From Candidatus Iainarchaeum sp. (lineage in GTDB: Archaea > Iainarchaeota > Iainarchaeia > Iainarchaeales > 0-14-0-20-30-16): a stretch of 32,000 bases of DNA. The translations under genes were made by a program, and so were the position numbers. The DNA is taken from positions 30,981-62,980 of the forward strand of contig JAQTTP010000005.1 of NCBI GenBank assembly GCA_028710695.1. The letters are read 5' to 3'. The notes beneath the pieces are model-generated. The model was not told the origin of the DNA. It saw nothing but the letters and a program-made list of their open reading frames with translations, and searched no databases. Positions 27,311 to 32,000 of this stretch are shown here, one piece after another (position 1 is the first letter of the stretch; every line of letters starts with the position of its first letter).

Positions 27311-28791
27311 AGGAGGTGATCCGTCCGCAGGTTCCCCTACGGACACCTTGTTACAACTTAGCCCTCCTCACGAAACAAGAAATCGAACTACCATTGAAGT
27401 AGCCCTCATTCTAGCCTCATTCGGGTGGCTTGATGGGCGGTGTGTGTAAGAAGCAGGGACACATTCACCGCGTGATAGTGACACGCGATTACTAGGGATT
27501 CCAGCTTCATGAGAATGAGTTACAATCCTCAATCCGAACCTAGACCGAGTTTCACGGATTACCTCCCCCTCTCGAGTTCGATACCCATTGTCTCGGCCAA
27601 TGTATGCCGCGTGTTGCCCAGAAGATTCGGGTCATACAGACCTATCGTCGCCCACCCCTTCCTCTAGATTGCTCCAGCTGTCCTTTCATAGTGCGCCCTT
27701 CCGAAGAAAGACTAGCAAAAGAAAGCATGGGTCTCGCCCGTTGCCTAAGTTAATAGGACACCTCACGGCACGAGCTGACGATGGCCATACAGCACCTCTC
27801 AGCGTGTCAGGTAACCCCATCAGAGTGACCATCATCCTGCTGTCGCCCCTGGTAAGTTTCTTTGGCGTTGTATCCGATTAAACCGCAGCATCCACCCCTT
27901 GTGGTGCTTCCCCGCCAATTCCTTTAAGTTTCAGCCTTGCGACTATACTCCTCAGGCAGCAGACTTAACGGCTTCCCTACGGCACCCCGCAAATCCAAGA
28001 TTAACGGGACACCTAGTCTGCAACGTTTACAGCTAGGACTAACCGGGTATCTAATCCGGGTCGCTCCCCCAGCTTTCATCCCTCACCGTCAGGTCCGTTC
28101 TCGTAAGTCGCCTTCGCTACTGGTGGTCCTCTATGGATTATCACATTTCACCGCTACCCATAAAATACCACTTACGTCTCCCGGCCTCTAGTCAAGTAGT
28201 ATTCTCTGCAATTCAACAAGTTAAGCTTGTCAATTTCACAAAGAACACACTAAACAGGCTACGGATGTTCTAGGCCCAATATCCACGAGTACCACTTGTG
28301 GAGCACGTATTACCGCGGCGGCTGGCACGTGTCTTACCCTCCACTTATTCGCCAAGTTATTTACACTTGACAAAAGCTAGAAAACTAGCACTAGGAATCC
28401 CCCTATCGCGCTTTCGCGCATTGTAGAATTTTCGCGCCTGCTGCACCCCGTAGGGCTAGGGGCCTTTTCTCAGTCCCCTTCTCCGGGCTCCCCCTTGCAG
28501 GGCCCGTACGGATCTCAGGCTTGGTGGGCCATTACCCCGCCAACAACCTAATCCGACGCAGACCCATCCTAAGGCGCCAGCAAGAAAAGGCTTGCTGACT
28601 TTAATAAAAAGAGCATCCCAGCTTCAATTTACTATGAGGTATTACTCTCAGTTTCCCGAGCTTAACCTCTCCTCAGGGTAGGTTGTCCACGTGTTACTGA
28701 GCCGTTCGCCGAAGGTATCCATATACCTTCCAGACTTGCATGGCTTAGTCGAATTCCTATAGCAGTACTCTCCAGCGGGATCAGCTGGAAT
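27311..28791 (-). rRNA. 16S ribosomal RNA
   Basis: 5' ATTCCAGCTGATCCCGCTGGAG; GTGCCAGCCGCCGCGGTAA; ATTAGATACCC; AAACTTAAAGGAATTGGCGGGG; 3' GTAACAAGG...GGATCACCTCCT. Confidence 0.97.
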
Positions 28792-28882
28792 CATATCGCA
28801 ATATTAGTCTAAAAACATTCAGAAATTGGTTTAATTATACACACATTATATTTGGTTAAAAAACTTTCGTTGTGTTCTTACC

Positions 28883-28895
28883 AATAACAGTCTAC
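28883..28895 (-). other. 5' half of the pre-16S processing stem
   Basis: aataacagtctac, perfect 13-bp complement to 27277-27289. Confidence 0.85.
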
Positions 28896-29018
28896 ATCCT
28901 ACCTAAAATACCTTAGGTAATCATGGGATGGTTCTCAAAAAATGAGAAAACCAACAAAAAAGCACAGCAAAAATCTTTTGCTATGAAGTTTTTATAAAAT
29001 ATAAAGGGACACAAAAGC

Positions 29019-29026
29019 TTTATAAA
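29019..29026 (-). promoter_or_regulatory. rRNA operon promoter (BRE/TATA-like)
   Basis: Minus-strand GAAAACC-TTTATAAA about 230 nt upstream of the 16S, with the processing stem between. Confidence 0.6.
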
Positions 29027-29121
29027 GGTTTTCGGCTTATTCATTATGTAGATTGAAGTGTCAAGGCTAATTTTTAGTTCATTATTTTAGTCACAAAGTA
29101 AACAAATTAGTAAAGTTTTGT

Positions 29122-30177
29122 CTATTCCGCCACAACTCTATTTCTTCCTTGTTCTTTTGCCTTATACAATCTCTCATCCGCCAAAGACACCAAAAGGTCA
29201 GGACTTGCTTCCTCAGCTTCATTAACACTAGCAACCCCTATACTTATAGTTACTTTACCTACCGAGAACTCAGAGTTATCTATTGCTGACCTAAGCCTCT
29301 CCCCAACAAGCTTTGCACCTTCTTTGTCACAGCTTAAGAGAACAATAAATTCTTCTCCACCCCAACGACAAAGGAAATCTTGGCCTCTTCCAGGTCTATT
29401 TCTTAAACTACTAAACAGAATCTTTGCTAATTTTCTAAGAACTATATCCCCGTTAAGGTGGCCATAGGTGTCATTGATGTTCTTGAAATGGTCTATATCT
29501 ATTATTAATAAGGAGAATACTGCTTTGGTTTTTTTGTAATCTTCTAACTTGTCATTAAAGTTTATTTCAAAAGAACGTCTAATCGAAACTTTAGTCAAAG
29601 GGTCCAACTGTTTGTCTATTACAGATGCAATAAACCGCCCAATAGATGCAAAATATATTGCAGAGATTAGAAGCATTGTCTTTATGTCTTCTCCATACTT
29701 TAATTTTTTTAGTAGAAGATTCTTGCCTTTTATTATTACAATTCCAATAACAGAATCATTGAATACAAGAGGAACCAATAGAGTGCTTTTATCAAACACC
29801 GAGTTAATTAGAACTTTAGTATATCTAAAATTATGTGGTACCATATTATAGGCATAAATTATATTCTTCTTGCCTTTTGGATAAAAATAGATTATTTCTT
29901 TGTCCTCAATTGATTTTAGAATATAATAATTCTCAGGAGTTATCTGATTCAAATCCATTTCTTCCAAATGGCTTGTAGTCTTAGTTCTATTCGCCAAACA
30001 TACAAGAGTATCTTTATCCAGCAAATAAACTCCAATATTTTCTACATCCTTCAGGGTATCCATTATTAATTCCGATACTCTGCTTAAGTTGGTTTCATAT
30101 TTAGAACTCAAGAGTGTACTCAGGGTATAAAGTTCTTTTGCAAGGGCCCACCCCCAAATTTTTTGCATTAATGACAC
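29122..30177 (-). CDS. Diguanylate cyclase: GAF-like sensor region plus GGDEF domain
   Basis: FSLLIIDIDHFKNINDTYGHLNGDIVLRKLA, RGQDFLCRWGGEEFIVLL (A-site GGEEF and RxxD at the I-site spacing), VTISIGVAS, LADERLYKAKEQGRNRVV; the N-terminal ~170 aa resemble GAF. Confidence 0.92.
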   Translation of the reverse strand: MSLMQKIWGWALAKELYTLSTLLSSKYETNLSRVSELIMDTLKDVENIGVYLLDKDTLVCLANRTKTTSHLEEMDLNQITPENYYILKSIEDKEIIYFYPKGKKNIIYAYNMVPHNFRYTKVLINSVFDKSTLLVPLVFNDSVIGIVIIKGKNLLLKKLKYGEDIKTMLLISAIYFASIGRFIASVIDKQLDPLTKVSIRRSFEINFNDKLEDYKKTKAVFSLLIIDIDHFKNINDTYGHLNGDIVLRKLAKILFSSLRNRPGRGQDFLCRWGGEEFIVLLSCDKEGAKLVGERLRSAIDNSEFSVGKVTISIGVASVNEAEEASPDLLVSLADERLYKAKEQGRNRVVAE

Positions 30178-31401
30178 CTATAGGAAGAATGAAAAAATAA
30201 ATAAAATTATTAGAACTAAAACGTCTACATATAACATAGCACGATATAGTTTATATATTCTCCCCCCAAGTGTCGAAAATGATTTTGTAAAGATTAAAAA
30301 TAATAACAAAAATAAGAAAGCACAGAATATTGTCAGATATGATCCAAATACAGTATCCAAAAACTCAATAACTGCTACAGAAAATAAAGACGGAATAGCA
30401 AGAACTATCAAAACTACAAGAGCAATCAATGCAACTTTTTTTATCTTCACTTTGTAATAATCTACAAAGGATGCAACTACAAGCTCGAACAAGGAAATTG
30501 CCGAAGTAAATGCTATCAAAAAAATCAGCAAGAAAAATATTGGACCCAAGAAAACTAGATCTTTAAAGGCCATAGTCAAAACATCAAAAACCAATCTTGG
30601 CCCAGAAGCCAGGTCCAAACCATAACTAAACAAAAAGGAATAGATAATAATTCCAATCAAAACTGATATTAAAATACTAGAAAAAACTACGGCCCCAATT
30701 GTAAAGTTTAGGTTTTCTTTTTTTGAATAACTTGCATAAGTTAGCAGAATCCCAAATCCCAAAGACAAAGAGAACAGAGCATGTGCAAACGCAAGAACGA
30801 TCGTCTTCAAAGATATTGCAGATGCATTAAAACTAAACATATATTTCACCGCAGTCCCAAAGCCTGGGCTTGCCACAGCAAAATATAATAAAACAAATAA
30901 AAATATCACAAACAGCACAGATGAAATATAGTTAACTACATTAACCCCTTTCTTAAGTCCAAATCTTACTGCCAAATAAATTAAAAATACAGTAATAAAA
31001 AAAGCAGCAAACATCAACACGCTTCCAATATAGGAATCAAATGACATAAAGCCGGCAAAGGAAGTAAAGAAATAGCCCAAAGTCCAAGAAGTCACAACAG
31101 AATAGTAACTAAGCACAATAAGTGAAACAAAAATTAAAAACAAAGGAATAAGTAAGACATATTTTGATCTGAACTTTTCCTTAAATAAGCAGATAATAGT
31201 AGTTTTATATTTCTGACCTAAATACATTTCAAAAAAGATCAAAGGAATTCCAAGAATTAAAACAGCAAGAATGTACAAAAACAAGAAGGCAGAACCGCCA
31301 TTACTTCCCATCAAATAAGGAAAACGCCAAACATACCCAAGCCCGATTACTGATGCAATTATATCAAGAAATAATGCTAGTTTCCCAATATGTTCACGCA
31401 T
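30178..31401 (-). CDS. Sodium-dependent transporter, SNF / neurotransmitter:sodium symporter family
   Basis: LALFLDIIASVIGLGYVWRFPYLMGSNGGSAFLFLYILAVLILGIPLIFFEMYLGQ plus multiple TM segments; abuts the GGDEF gene. Confidence 0.9.
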   Translation of the reverse strand: MREHIGKLALFLDIIASVIGLGYVWRFPYLMGSNGGSAFLFLYILAVLILGIPLIFFEMYLGQKYKTTIICLFKEKFRSKYVLLIPLFLIFVSLIVLSYYSVVTSWTLGYFFTSFAGFMSFDSYIGSVLMFAAFFITVFLIYLAVRFGLKKGVNVVNYISSVLFVIFLFVLLYFAVASPGFGTAVKYMFSFNASAISLKTIVLAFAHALFSLSLGFGILLTYASYSKKENLNFTIGAVVFSSILISVLIGIIIYSFLFSYGLDLASGPRLVFDVLTMAFKDLVFLGPIFFLLIFLIAFTSAISLFELVVASFVDYYKVKIKKVALIALVVLIVLAIPSLFSVAVIEFLDTVFGSYLTIFCAFLFLLLFLIFTKSFSTLGGRIYKLYRAMLYVDVLVLIILFIFSFFL

Positions 31402-31464
31402 TACATATATATTTCATATACATATATATTATTATTAGTAAAGACGAATAAAAGAGGAAAGAGA

Positions 31465-32000
31465 ATGATTCCTGATTTTCTGAAGAAACATTATCTTTTG
31501 ACCACATTCTTTTTTATATTTATTTTTTTGCCATATCTAATCCTAGAAATCTATGATTATAGTGGACTGTTCAGCTTATTTACAAGGCTTCTTTGTTTTT
31601 CTTCGCTTTTTGTGTTTTGCATAGTTTTGTCTAAATACTTAGAACATAAAAACAAGGCAATAAAAATTACTTTATTTTTTCTATTCTTCTTATATTACCT
31701 CATCACATATGTATTTGCAATATATCTAATCTTCTCAAGAACACCATTTAAAATTATGATTACTATTGAGCTTGGGTTGAATTCAATAACACATGGAATG
31801 GTTGGGATTTTAGGATACTTTAACATTACCCTAGTCCTTATTGCTGTAGTTCTTTTATTTTTACTTACTGGCCACTTCTTCAGAAAAATAACAAAAGATA
31901 TTCACAAAGAGTTTGGAGGAAAGATAATTGGCTTATTACTTCTTGTAAATGTTGTATTCTTAGTAACTGGAAATGACTTGGTAGTTTCTGCAGTAATAGA
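31465..32000 (+). CDS. Multi-pass membrane protein, N-terminal part (truncated by window edge)
   Basis: Open frame MIPDFLKKHYLLTTFFFIFIFLPYLILEIYDYSGLFSLF... to the edge with several TM segments; A/G-rich tract upstream. Resemblance to the membrane part of sulfatase/LtaS-like proteins is only a guess. Confidence 0.6.
   Translation, partial: MIPDFLKKHYLLTTFFFIFIFLPYLILEIYDYSGLFSLFTRLLCFSSLFVFCIVLSKYLEHKNKAIKITLFFLFFLYYLITYVFAIYLIFSRTPFKIMITIELGLNSITHGMVGILGYFNITLVLIAVVLLFLLTGHFFRKITKDIHKEFGGKIIGLLLLVNVVFLVTGNDLVVSAVI

Noticed and set aside
24604-28191. ORFs on both strands at 24604..24918, 24857..25135, 25223..25486, 26460..26648, 26518..26721, 26968..27291, 27588..27881 and 27937..28191
   Set aside because: They lie within or across the rRNA/tRNA genes and are shadow ORFs.
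1-32000. CRISPR array, transposase, integrase, toxin-antitoxin or defence system
   Set aside because: No spaced direct-repeat array and no transposase, integrase, Cas or nuclease motifs in any supplied ORF.

Overview
The window is an archaeal, probably DPANN-type, chromosomal segment. The archaeal call rests on the 16S 5' end, GatE, an intron-containing tRNA and BRE/TATA-like promoters. From left to right it contains: (1) the N-terminal part of a secreted or surface Cys-rich/CARDB-like protein that runs off the left edge; (2) gatE; (3) a ~14 kb surface-glycan cluster with wecB-like, wecC-like, flippase, Trm112-like, three methyltransferase, two DegT aminotransferase, acyltransferase, three GT4, NodB deacetylase, WbpD-like acetyltransferase and WbpB-like oxidoreductase genes; (4) a YchF-related GTPase; (5) a pyruvate:ferredoxin oxidoreductase operon (G-D-A-B); (6) a methyltransferase; (7) a hairpin-rich non-coding interval; (8) a minus-strand 16S - tRNA-Ala(intron) - 23S operon; (9) a GAF/GGDEF diguanylate cyclase next to an SNF-family transporter; and (10) a partial membrane protein at the right edge. 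I see no CRISPR array, transposon or defence system. The items most worth follow-up are: a candidate unannotated structured RNA at 23707..23899 with its own promoter and T-tract; a PorD in which exactly the four ligands of one [4Fe-4S] cluster are missing; a compensated G1405-C1496 to A-U change in the 16S decoding region; a diguanylate cyclase with intact GGEEF and RxxD sites in an archaeon; and a Trm112-like/methyltransferase pair inside a glycan cluster.
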